This document shows, one piece after another, positions 49,201 through 61,800 of a stretch of 64,000 nucleotides of DNA. The notes below the pieces were generated by a model. The model was given only the letters and a program-made list of their open reading frames with translations. It made no database searches and was not told where the DNA came from. The translations under genes and the position numbers were made by a program. Every line of letters begins with the position of its first letter. The first letter of the stretch is position 1. The DNA is taken from contig OZ076415.1 of NCBI GenBank assembly GCA_964187785.1, positions 13,392,001-13,456,000 of the forward strand, given 5' to 3'. The stretch is from Amphiscolops sp. MND2022 (taxonomy: Eukaryota).

Positions 49201-51895
49201 AACCCACTTCATCAACTCATATTTCACCCTCTACGGAACCTAAATTTGAAATCAATATGTACCACCCAACCACCTCTCCTCATCTAACATCTACTCTCCC
49301 GAAAAATCATGCTAACGCTGTAACTCTTTACCTTCTAAACGAGAACTTTTGATTCTGCTGGACAGCGTTGCTTCAGTTTGTGTTTTATGTCTACGCACCC
49401 TCACAGTATTAGCTGATCACTTTCTTGAATTTTCAAAATATAATCCCGCGAATAATGACTTTAAAACCTTAACAGTTGCCAACAAAGCAGAAGTTCCTAT
49501 TTTATTTCCTGTAATTCTTACACTACAAACTTCTATTCAAGGAAATACTCGCAGTCTTGTCATTCCATTTGCGGTAGCAAATCTCAAACATAATTTTCTT
49601 GGTACCCTTTTCTTTGAAAAACATGTCAAAACTTTCAATACTGAACAAAACTTTTGCTGCTCTTTCTCCATCTCTCTCTCCGATCCCAATAAATATTTTG
49701 ATGGCTTGGAACATATATCCTTCTGAAAAGTATTAAGCTCACCTCAGTGCACGTGTAGCATTTCAACTTGGACCGCTACCTCTTGAACTTCATCAATATT
49801 TGGCATGGCACTCATGACGTATGTCTCTCTTTTTTTGCTCCCTCACAGGAACTGCCTCTAATTGGTATTATCGTCTCCCTCAAGCTTACAAAAATGATAT
49901 GTTTTTTTTCCTTCAAAGTTTCGAAAAAACTATAATCTCAAAAACATGCATACCATGCTCAGCTTGAAGCAGGTTACCTTGTTGAAAAGGATAACAAAAA
50001 TGTTGACAATGAATACCCATCCACCCTAAATCCTAAATGACTCGTGGTCTCCCAGAAAAATTAAAAGATTTTGCTAACAAATGTCAATCAAACAATTTTC
50101 GAGTTCACTTGAACCCTCTATTCCCTTTCACTCCCTTGTCAATATGGTTGACTCTGAAGATAATACTCATAGAAAATTCAAAACAAAAGAAATTTTTTTA
50201 AACCATGAATCACTCTGAAACTTTTGAACAGAGTACGCCTCTGTTGAAGAAGAACTTCGGAATCTCCACAACTATATGCCGTAAATTCTAATATTAAATC
50301 TAAATCTCAATTTTCAGAAAACAATCTTCCCGCCATAAAGATAATCATTCCGTTTCCACTTGCTATCGTAGACTCAAAGTATTTAAAGCATCTAAACCTC
50401 AGTCAATGTCACCTACTACCATTTCTATCAACATTTCAAAACACCCTCAGATAAATACAAAGTTCAATCTCCTCGTTATCGTAGTCGACGTGAAAGTAAT
50501 CAATTTAGAAAATGCGAATCTCTTTCCCATTCTTGATCAAACTTGCCTCACTATATTCTGATGAATACTCTCCTCATAATTATGCTTCATACTATGATCT
50601 ATCCGATCAATATTTTAGAAAATCTCCTTCGCGCACAATTTATCTCTCTCGTCCATAGTACAACTCTACAACTTCACGTAGCCCTTTTAAATATTACAAT
50701 CGTTCCCCTCAGCGCTCCTCTTGTTTTGATAACTAATGTTTTAGGCGTTATGAATCACACTCTCGTTCACTCTCTAAAGCAAGTACTGATCGTTATCGAC
50801 GTCGAGCGCACGCAATTTCTAAAACATACTCTAACTACTAACTACCAGTACAAACCCGCTGTTAATCTAACTCAACAACCCACTTCATCAACTCATATTT
50901 CACCCTCTACGGAACCTAAATTTGAAATCAATATGTACCACCCAACCACCTCTCCTCATCTAACATCTACTCTCCCGAAAAATCATGCTAACGCTGTAAC
51001 TCTTTACCTTCTAAACGAGAACTTTTGATTCTGCTGGACAGCGTTGCTTCAGTTTGTGTTTTATGTCTACGCACCCTCACAGTATTAGCTGATCACTTTC
51101 TTGAATTTTCAAAATATAATCCCGCGAATAATGACTTTAAAACCTTAACAGTTGCCAACAAAGCAGAAGTTCCTATTTTATTTCCTGTAAATCTTACACT
51201 ACAAACTTCTATTCAAGGAAATACTCGCAGTCTTGTCATTCCATTTGCGGTAGCAAATCTCAAACATAATTTTCTTGGTACCCTTTTCTTTGAAAAACAT
51301 GTCAAAACTTTCAATACTGAACAAAACTTTTGCTGCTCTTTCTCCATCTCTCTCTCCGATCCCATTAAATATTTTGATGGCTTGGAACATATATCCTTCT
51401 GAAAAGTATTAAGCTCACCTCAGTGCACGCGTAGCATTTCATCTTGGACCGCTACCTCTTGAACTTCATCAATATTTGGCATGGCACTCATGACGTATGT
51501 CTCTCTGTTTTTGCTCCCTCACAGGAACTGCCTCTAATTGGTATTATCGTCTCCCTCAAGCTTACAAAAATGATATGTCTTTTTTCCTTCAAAGTTTCGA
51601 AAAAACTATAATCTCAAAAACATGCATACCATGCTCAGCTTGAAGCAGGTTACCTTGTTGAAAAGGATAACAAAAATGTTGACAATGAATACCCATCCAC
51701 CATAAATCTTAAATGACTCGTGGTCTCCCAGAAAAATTAAAAGATTTTGCTAACAAACGTCAATCAAACACTTTTCGAGTTCACTTGAACCCTCTATTCC
51801 CTTTCACTCCCTTGTCAATATGGTTGACTCTGAAGATATTACTCATGGAAAATTTAAAACAAAAGACGTTTTTTTAAACCATGAATCACTTTGAA
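46290..51895 (+). repeat. Tandem duplication array, about 1.68-kb unit, three full copies plus a partial fourth
   Basis: Same ORFs at 47672, 49349 and 51025 (offsets 1677, 1676); copies 2 and 3 are nearly identical. Confidence 0.95.
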
Positions 51896-54800
51896 AAACA
51901 TGTCAAAACTCTCAATACTGAACAAAAGTCACTTACATTTAAATAACCAATCTCACATCAAATCTCTTCCCTTTACCGCTTTTAAAGAAAGAGAATAGTA
52001 CTCATTTTTACACTAGTTTTTTTACATTTATACAAAAAAATGTCAAAACAAAATCAATTTTATACCTAATGCTGCTTAAGTCTTTCAATTTTCAATTCAA
52101 CCTACTCTTCCCCTAACTTTCAGAATATCTTTTTCCTTCTACAGCTCATCCATTTTTCAGTACTCGCTTTAAATCTACATTTAACTTTCTCCAAGTCTAC
52201 GCAAATTTTGAAGCTGAAACCAACAGTTGCTCTAATATAATTCAGAACCTTTCTCATCACTCCGGCAAACCTCTCCGAAGAATACATTGGCTAATTTGAA
52301 GTTTCTGCTCCCAATATTAAACTCTCCCTTGTAGAGTTAATGATGTCAACTCTCTCGTTCACATTAAATTTCATTCATATTATCCAGATCTCTGAGAACC
52401 CAAACCTCCTGTTCGTCGTTCCTTCCTCCGAAAACAATATTGAAGTTAATAAATACCAATTCTTCCAAAATTTGAACTGTCCTCTTCCTTCTTTACCAAA
52501 TTCACCAAAAACTCAACAGTTCCTCAAAAAGTTCAAATTTCAAAACTCTGACGTAACTGATGATGAATATTCGAAACTCTGCTCCATTCTGGTTATATAT
52601 CGACATTGCTACGCTACGCATCGCAATGATGTTGGTAAAAAGGCTGCACTTTTCAGAATCGGCCTCAAACCTATTGCTTAACTCCAAACTCAAAGACCCA
52701 CCAAAGTACCCATACACTTTTGACAAAAACCTAAAAAACTACTCAAGGAAGGAGAAAACCTCAATGTTAATAAACAAAACGGTTCTACTTCTTGAGACAA
52801 ATCCATCTACATAGAAGATAATGTTAAAGTTGTTCTCGATGTCAGGCTTTTAAACACTTACACCGATTAATCTTTCGATTCTTTTACCAATTGACGTTTA
52901 GCTCCTCAACTTGAACGCGCTAACAAAAAAATTAAATCTGCAATTGTTATCATATACGTCTATGCACAAGTCCCTCAGACGAAGAAACCATTACACTCAC
53001 CAGTTTCTTATCGCGAGTCTATGCTTTTATTCCAGGTTTTTACGGTCTTAAAGCACTTCAAATTCTTTTCATCATTCAAATGTATTCTTTTTTGCACAAA
53101 CGCTTTGATCAAGGCTTTGCAATTGACAATATCCTCCTCCTTGCTCATACTAAAACTCTTATAATAGACCAAATTGAACAGTTACATTAAATTTGTAGCT
53201 CTAATAACCCTAAAATTGTTCCCGGGGAAACTATTTTATAGTTTTCTCACTGTGAAGTTTCTTGGACTTGAATTTGGCCACAATACTATCAAATCCATCT
53301 CCACTATCGTTGACGGCATACATAAATCAAAAACTCCCACATCTAAAACCGACTCCTTGCGTTTTATTGGATCAAATGCTTTCAACTCCAAACTCTTTTA
53401 CAATACGTTTCACTCAAACTCCACATACGTTTACACTCTTCTCCTTGACAATGGTTCTTTTGAATGGACTCCTGAATTAGATTAACTCTTAAATTTTATT
53501 AAAACATCTCTCTCAAAAGATGCTGAACTTGTACCAACTAGTGTCACTCAACCATTCTATAATACCGTTGACGCTTCTTTTTTTAGTTTAGGTGCCATCA
53601 TTTTGCAACCTTACACCGATAACACAATGCGAATTATATCGTATTTCAACAACCTAACAAAAATAACTTTCTACCTATGATCGAGAACCCTGTGCTAGAA
53701 CTTTTGCCTTTTGCAAAATGAATTTATCACTATTGGCACCAAATCCCCAATAACTTTTTTGAACGATCACAATCGTATTCTATTTCGCTTCACTCGAAGA
53801 GGAAATCTCACACCAAGTCAATATAAAGCTCAAATGTTGTTAACAGAAGTTTCGGATCTTCAAACTATTCAAACTGCTGGTACTAATCTAACTGCTGCTG
53901 ATATGCTCAGTCGACACTTCGTATCCAATACTGTGACATACATTTTTTTACATACACCCCTTGATTCTCTTTCGTTGCAATCCGTAACCTCCTTTTTAAA
54001 GAAATTGAAAAACAAATTCCAACAAAGTTAAGTTAAAAGATTGCTCCGCCAAAACCCTCTTTTAATTGAAACTGATTTGTATGAAGATGATGACCCTGTT
54101 ACCAAGAAGGTTCATGAGCAAAACCCACAAACAATTTCAACCGTCTCATATTATTCAAACTCTCCTCTGTGAAATCCATTACCAGAATTTCAGGGACTCT
54201 CATCTTTCTCAAAATAGTTTTACCAATATGACAAATTCTTTATCTCCAAACTCTGATGAATCTTTTCCTTTCTGCGCCATAACACTAACTCCTATTAAAC
54301 CTCTACTCAATTTTTGCCATTTTTTGACCAATACTTGTTTGCTCATTGTAAGCTTCTGAAAACATATTTCTTCCACCTTTTAACTTTTTAACCATACCCA
54401 TTTTTCTCCAAGCTCCAACAAATGATCATGTGTTCTCCACTGTTTAAACTTGGCTAAAAAACAAAGATCTTTTACCTTAACTCCATTTAGTAAAGCTAAC
54501 TCTTTTTTACATACATACTACAAACTATTTCAACAATTGCATATAGAACCATTTTTCCATATTGTCCAACATTATACACAATTCTGGAAAATTTGAAGCA
54601 GTCTTTCTTAAAACTCAACCCTCTATTATCCCACTCCGCATTTGTTTACCAATCGAACTCTTCTATGCTGCTTCTGACAATTCACATGGCCACTCCGGTG
54701 AAAATCTCTGCATCAAACTTTTCAATCAATTTGTTTTATATTCCTTACTTACCCCTAGGTTTTCGATTTTCATTTATAACAGTATTGAATGTCAAACAAA

Positions 54801-55859
54801 CAAACAATTCTATTTTTAACCTAACAAAATCTCACCTGCTCTATCATTTCATGAAAACGCCAAACATTTCAAATATCGAATCTCAATAGCCACAAAAGGT
54901 CCTATTTCCCTTTCTTCCAAAATTAACGTCAATATTTTTGTAATCAATGACGCTTTTTGCAATTTTGTTGTAACTAACCCTGCATCTCATAATTCTTCCA
55001 AATAGGCTATCAAACACTATTAAATCATGGATCACTAAATTTGGCCTCCCTCAATATCTCGAAGTACTGAATATAATTATCAAGTTATGACACATTAACC
55101 ATTCTCCACGTACTCCTCTCTTCTTTCTCTTTATCGTGTTGTTTTCCTTACACACCCTCGTATTCCATTAAACTTATATCTTAATTTCTTACGTGATTCT
55201 TCTAAAAGTTGAATCGTCACACATGGTAATTCATTTGCACCTCATACACATTATAATGACCAGGGTCTCATCGTTTTTCCCGCTCACTCCTCGATAAACG
55301 TATTTCTTCTTGGATTTTATCAGCTGAACATTCAATGTTAGAAATACACTCTAATGTTCATCACTACAAAAATAAACTAATTTCACAAAACTACACATTT
55401 GAAACATTTCATCAAAAACCACTCCCTCTTGATATTTTTTGTTATTCACACCATTATTGAACCTATCAAATTGTCTGATGAACTCAAACCCCTCCATCGT
55501 CGTCGTTACAAAATTATTCAACATCTCTTAGATGTTACACGTGAACCCATGGCTCAAGATGGCTCGCTCTACTTTTCAAACCCGTCGAAGCCACATTTTA
55601 CCAAACAACACTAAAGAACCCGTTATTTTCCTAAATCTCCGTTACTAACCTTCTACTCCCTTACTTCCTAATAATCCTGATGCTGACTCTTATTAAAGTA
55701 ATCTCTCTCATTCATCTCAAAACGATTCAGAAATACTAATTGAACCTGTTATCCCAAATACTTCTATCAAACTAATTGCATTACACCGAACCAAATTACT
55801 CCCCTCTCCTACTTCACAACACCTTCCTAGTTCTACTAATGTAATGTTACTACGGTTTT

Positions 55860-58800
55860 GAGTTAGAAGGAAACCAGCTAGATGTGGGTTTTTAACAGAC
55901 CTTGCGAAAATGGTTAGGGGTTGAGTTTTGAGTTAAAGTTTATGTTTCGTTTCATGAAAGTTCTTATTGGTGTGATAGTGGTACTAGATTTGGAGTCAAG
56001 AGGTAGATACGAATCGGAGTCATTTCCAGAACCGGAATTGGAGAAATGTTTAAGTGCCCTTAACATTGTTTTTGCTACAGTTAAAGAAACTATAACCAAA
56101 AGCAGGAAAAAGTGTAATTTTTTCAAAATGTTTTAAAGTTTATTCACCTATATAAACTGATAAAAAATGGAAGGTAATTTGAAAGAAAAAAGCAGTAGAG
56201 AAAGATATTCCACATTGAGTTAAAACATAGAAAGGGCATCCAGAGAGCTTGATGAAAGCATCAGTAAACCATTAAGGTGTTAAAAAAGGAGTAATGTTTC
56301 AAAGGTTGTCATGAAGACCAATTCTAAGAGATTCCTATCAACCATATACTCGGACGGTTGTGTACTCATAAATTCATAACTGATAGGATTACCGAGGAGC
56401 TGTAATGTATTGTCAGTGTGTTTGGCAAAAAGAATACGATTCCAAAAATTGTTGAGTTGTTTTTGTAGGTAAATACTTGTGTCTTGTGTAGTAAAAGGGT
56501 TTGTGCTGATAGTAGTTTGATTTTGAGTGGATTCAAAAAGTTGAGTGCATATTGAAATCTTTTTTAAAAGTTATAAAGAGGACAAGGTATCGAATTGTTT
56601 AGAAAGTTGTGTTTGTTACAGAACAATTTACTTTTGGGCAAGATTCCAAAACGGGGAAGGTGAGTGTGAGATTCAGTGTCACGACGAGTTTTTTCAGGAG
56701 GTAAAGTTGAATTTTTATGGTTGAAAAACTGTTCGGCGTCAAGCCAATATCGATTTTTTTCTAGACAAGCGTCAAATAAAGAAGTGAACTCGAAATATGA
56801 TACATGAGCGAAAGCCGAAAACCAAACAACGGCAAAGGGTTTTAACATTGATTGTTTACAGAAGTCATCACCATAGAGGCAAAGTAAATTGTGTCCATTA
56901 TAAATTTTCTCGTCATATGCAATTTCGATTTCCTAACAAATGAAGACCAACTGCCTGTTTCAATTATATATCCAACAGACAGCATTTTTGTTCAGGGTTG
57001 AGTTTAGGACAAGTTGAGAGCTTGTAATCCAGGCAGGAGCACCATAATAAATGGTGTTGCGTTCAGTTATGCGAATAAAAGGTTGTTTAGTTTCAAGAAA
57101 GCGTTAACTTTGAATATGGTCAAAGAAGGTGAAGTAGTTACCATAATCAAAGTCTTTAAGTTTAAGGTTATCCGAACCGTTTAAAACGTTTAGCTATTTA
57201 GCGAAAGAAGACCTTCGTAAAAGCAAGGGCGCGCTCTAAGGAAGACGGGTCGTGAGAGGAAGGTTGAACACAAGTTCTAAATAGTCGAAGATTTTGTTGT
57301 TTGCAACTATCACAATGAGAGACAAGGAGGTCCGACTAATGAGGGTTGTTCGGTTCAACTAGATAGGTGTGAGAAACAGCAAAATAGGTTGGTAGGAAAA
57401 AGTGATGGAGGAAAAGAAATCAGAAAAGGCTAAAACTTTGATTTGTAATGGTTAAGTCTAGAGGTGATGATAATAATGGGTCTCGACTGAAGACACATCA
57501 ATTCATGTCTGGAATAGTAAAACAATTAGTGTGTGAATTTTGAATTGAGGATGGAAACTGATAGAAAGTGGCGATTCATCGAATGTATATAGTGGAATTG
57601 GGCGTAGGAATAAGGAATGAAAAGTTCCAATATGAGAGGGTTGTTTTGATTTTCATCTGTGACTTCATGGTTAAAATCTTGAAGAAAATCAGCAAAACGT
57701 GGGTAAGGAAGAATATCTGTAAGGCGGAAGGGGTGGCGTATCAGAAATTCAAACTATCAGAAATACAAACTGGGCTAAAGTTAAAATATTTTGGTAATGA
57801 GGAATAGTTTCTATCGAAGTGTTAGAGTCAAAAAGTTTGGATGTTTTATCCGGATTTTGGTCGGAGGGTTTCGATAAATTATTCTGGTAAGATTCAGTGT
57901 CAAGGTTGCTAAAAAGAGATGGTGTTGATGAGTTGACGAATATAGAGGAAAGTAAGAGGATCTTTGGAAAAATATGGATCCGATGGGTGTGAAAGAAAGA
58001 GCCACCTTGTGTCATAAGTTCATAAATGACTCCCTAGAGATATTTAGGTATCCTATAGGGGCCAAGGAGTAAAATGTTTGAGTTTAGTTGAAAATTTAAC
58101 AAATTTAAAATTAGTATCGATAACGAACGTGTCAATAGGGAGTTGTTTTAAACAAGCCGTTTCAAATGTAGATAATGTGTAGGTTTAATTTGTTGGTTAT
58201 ATGGCATTGAACAGTAGAATATTTTTCTAACTTTGCATGTTCAGCTGATAATAGCCATGAAGAGATGTGTTTACCAATGAAAGGAAAAGATTGAGACTTG
58301 ATTACTGTAGTGTGTATGAGGAGGAACTGGATCACGAATTGAGACGATACAAGCTTTGGAGGAACTGAGTAAAACGTTAGGGGAAAAGGTTAGCGGATTA
58401 CGAAGAAAACATTTTGATTTGGAAGAAGTTTGAGTTGCGAAAGAGCAGCAGTGTTACGTGCATAAGCATACATCTGAGTTTGCAATGACCAATTGGAAGG
58501 AAGGTTTTGCAAAAAGAGGCGTAGATGAGTTCAAAATAACGGGTTTGAACTTCACTAAACTGTTTGTCCAAAAATACAATGGAGTACGTCTCTGATTGAT
58601 TTTAAAGGATGTCTATGGATCCAATGATTGACGAGTGTTTGGATAGCGTATTTTAAGAAAATTGAGGTGTTGGGTTTGTCACAAAAAATGACGAGCAGCG
58701 TCGATGACTACAAAAATAAAAGAATCAATTTGTGAAGTAGGTGAAATAGGTCCTTTTGTGTCAATTGAGATCGTGTAACTAAAAAAAGTCGCGTTTTTTA

Positions 58801-61800
58801 AAAATGGTAATGAAGGAGAAGTTTTTTAAGGAAGTGTTTATTTGTTTGACACTCGCGACTATCTTGAGCAAAGATAGGGAACCATGATGGTTAGTGTGGA
58901 ATGTAATAAAATTGGTTGAAGGTTTGAAATAGAAATTCATTCACCCTATTGACCATGTGAATACGTTTTATCAAAAGCAGCGTACAAGGTTCTGAATGGT
59001 AAACGAATGCCAGTTTAAATATTAGATAGTTGAGTTTTGGTGAAAAGTTCTTCAAGAATACGGGAGTTCAGGGTGTAGTATTGGGTTAAGTGTGAAATTG
59101 GGTCAGTGTATCAATGATGGAAATGTTTTGTAATATGTGTATAGAAAGGAGTTAGCTTAAATAATTGTGATTAGGGCAAAAATTTTTTGTTTTGTTTCAA
59201 TCAAATTTAAACTGTAGAAAGAATAAGGTCATCTTTTTGAGCTCGTCAAAGAATCGGTTTAGCTAAGAATGTAACTCTGGGAAGTACAAAAATTTCAAGA
59301 ATTTTACAATGAACAAAAAAAAGGCCAAAAATGGTAAAAATTGAGTGGAGGTGGATTTAAAAGGAGTTTGAGTAAAAGCAATTGTTTTAAAAAATGGTAT
59401 CACATCTAGATAAATGAGATTTTGTTAAATTTGTTATTGTTATTTGAGAAAGACATTTTTGATTTAGTCAAGATAAATATGGTGTTGAATTTCATAATCG
59501 TGGTGATTTGTAACACGTGGAGTTTGAGTTTGGGTAAAGCGTTGTTCTGAAATTCTTTTAGGAACCTCTTTTGTTTTCTTTTTAGCATCGTCATCTTCAA
59601 TGAGATGGAATTGAGTGTAAGTAACAGTGTTACTTTTATCGTGGATTCGAAGTGAGAATTGATCATCACTATAGTTAAAGAGAACTAGCTGGGAATCATT
59701 TTTCTGAGTAGGTAAAATTTTTCCATGTTTTACTAAGTTGTGAACTTGTTTTGAAAGATTGTTTGAAAATCCAATATGTGGTGGTAAGGTTTTAATCGTG
59801 ATGACTTAGCATATTGGTAAAATTTAATTTCGTACCTAAAGAAAGGGTAATTTGAAGGTTTGAGAACTTTTTTAAAAACAATTTAGATCTATTTGATCCG
59901 ATGTAGGATTTCTTTTGCCTGTGAAAGGACATAACGTGGGGTCATGATCAGTAGAAATGTTCATTGTAAATTTTGATCCAATGAATGTTAAGATAATCAT
60001 GTGAGGTGAGTGCAAAAGATATAGCAACCGTAGGCAGAACATTTCTGTTTTCGAGTTGTTAAAGTACGAGAGTTAAGTGGAGAGAGACAACTAAGTATTA
60101 GCATATCAGTATAAAAAACTGGCAGAAAGATTTTTGCACCTAAACCAAGTAGGGAAGGAACAACAGTGATGTGAAAGGGGTGAGAGGTAAGGAATACAAG
60201 GTTTAGAATGGTTTGTGAGAGAAGTTTCAATTTCTTTAGGGAGTTTTTCTAATTCAGTAGTCCATTCGAAAAAAATGTCATCCTGGAGAAGAGAATAAAA
60301 TGGGTTAGGTGAAATGTGAAGTTTGTTTATAAATCTGGAGTAGAAGTTCATTGAACGAAAGAATCGCAACAGTTCCGTTTTAGAAGTAGGAGCTTTTAAC
60401 TTATATCCACCATCAAATTTGGAAGAGACAGGTTCAATGGTTCCATTTTAAATTCCGTATCTACGAAATTCACCAGTGAGAACTATGAAATCTTTTTTCC
60501 GCAGCATTTTTGAGGTTATTAGAACTAGAGCCTTAGTAAATGTGTTCAATGAGCTCAAACATCTGAGATTTAGTGTGGGCTAAGAGGAAGATATCTTCAA
60601 AAAAACGAGTGCAAAACCTTAATCAATACGTGTTTGAAACATCGAATACATTTGTATTGTGAAAAAATTTTGAAGCCCTTTGAGACCATAAAAACCTCGG
60701 ATGAAAGCATAAAGTTTATCTCCGGACGAGACACTTTTGAGAGCAATAATTTCTCCATTTAGAGGCGCATGTACATATGCATACATAAAAGCAAGGGCAA
60801 ATTTGAATTTTTGTTGGCTCTGGCTAATTGTGGAGCAAGAGGTTCAATACGCCATGATTCAAAAGCTTGGTCAGTGTTAGAGATTATATGTCTAGCACCA
60901 AGGACGACTTTAATTGAGCCTCTCTCAGTCAGGGATGTTAAAGAATGGCTTCAAAAAAGTATTTCCCTAACACGAAATATCTGATGAAGCGGAGGTACTT
61001 TGTCTTTCAATTCTGTATTGTTCTATCTCATCTAGAAGGTTTGTAAATTTTTCTCTATAGTGGAAAGAAACTTTAGTAGGTCCTTCAGTTTGGAGTTTAG
61101 CAATAGGAATGAGGCGTATTCTAAAAGATGTAGCAATGTTATCTGCATCATTACGATGCGTGGCCTAGCAATGTAAAACGTTTAGCTATTTAGCGAAAGA
61201 AGACCTTCGTAATAGCAAGGGCGCGCTCTAAGGAAGACGGGTCTTGAGCGGAAGGTTGAACACAGGTTAAACTCTAAATAGTCGAAGATTTTGTTGTTTG
61301 CAACAATCACAATGAGAGACAAGGAGGTCCGACTAATGAGGATTGTTAGGTTCAACTAGATAGGTGTGAGAAACAGTAAAATGGGTTGGTAGGAAAAAGT
61401 GAGGGAGGAAAAGAAATCAGAAAAGGCTAAAACTTTGATTTGTAATGGTTAAGTCTAGAGGTGATGATAATAATGGGTCTCGGCTGAAGACACATCAATT
61501 CATGTCTGGAGTAGTAAAACAATTAGTGTGTGAATTTTGAATGAGGATGGAAACTGATAGAAAGTTGCGATTCATCGAATGTATATAGTGGAATTGGGCG
61601 TAGGAAAAAGGAATGAAACGTTCCAATATGAGAGAGTTGTGTTTGATTTTCATCTGTGACTTCATGGTTAAAATCTTGAAGAAAATCAGCAAAACGTGGG
61701 TAAGGAAGAAGATCGATCTGTAAAGCGGAAGGGGTGGCGTATCAGAAATTCAAACTATCAGAAATACAAACTGGGCTAAAATTAAAACATTTTGGTAATG

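Larger units (their letters stand above)
43945..55850 (+). mobile_element. Decayed AT-rich Gypsy element (leader array, ORF1, gag/protease, RT, RNase H, integrase)
   Basis: CYATHRNDVGK and FLGLEFGHNTIK (RT), FLNDHNRIL..NLTAADMLSR (RNase H), integrase remnants 54560-55600; dense stops and frameshifts; G-poor coding strand. Confidence 0.85.

Noticed and set aside
55914-56126. Stand-alone secreted peptide with signal sequence MKKLHFFLLLVIV
   Set aside because: The start is a non-ATG codon within a longer decayed frame; better explained as the C-terminal TM segment of an element ORF
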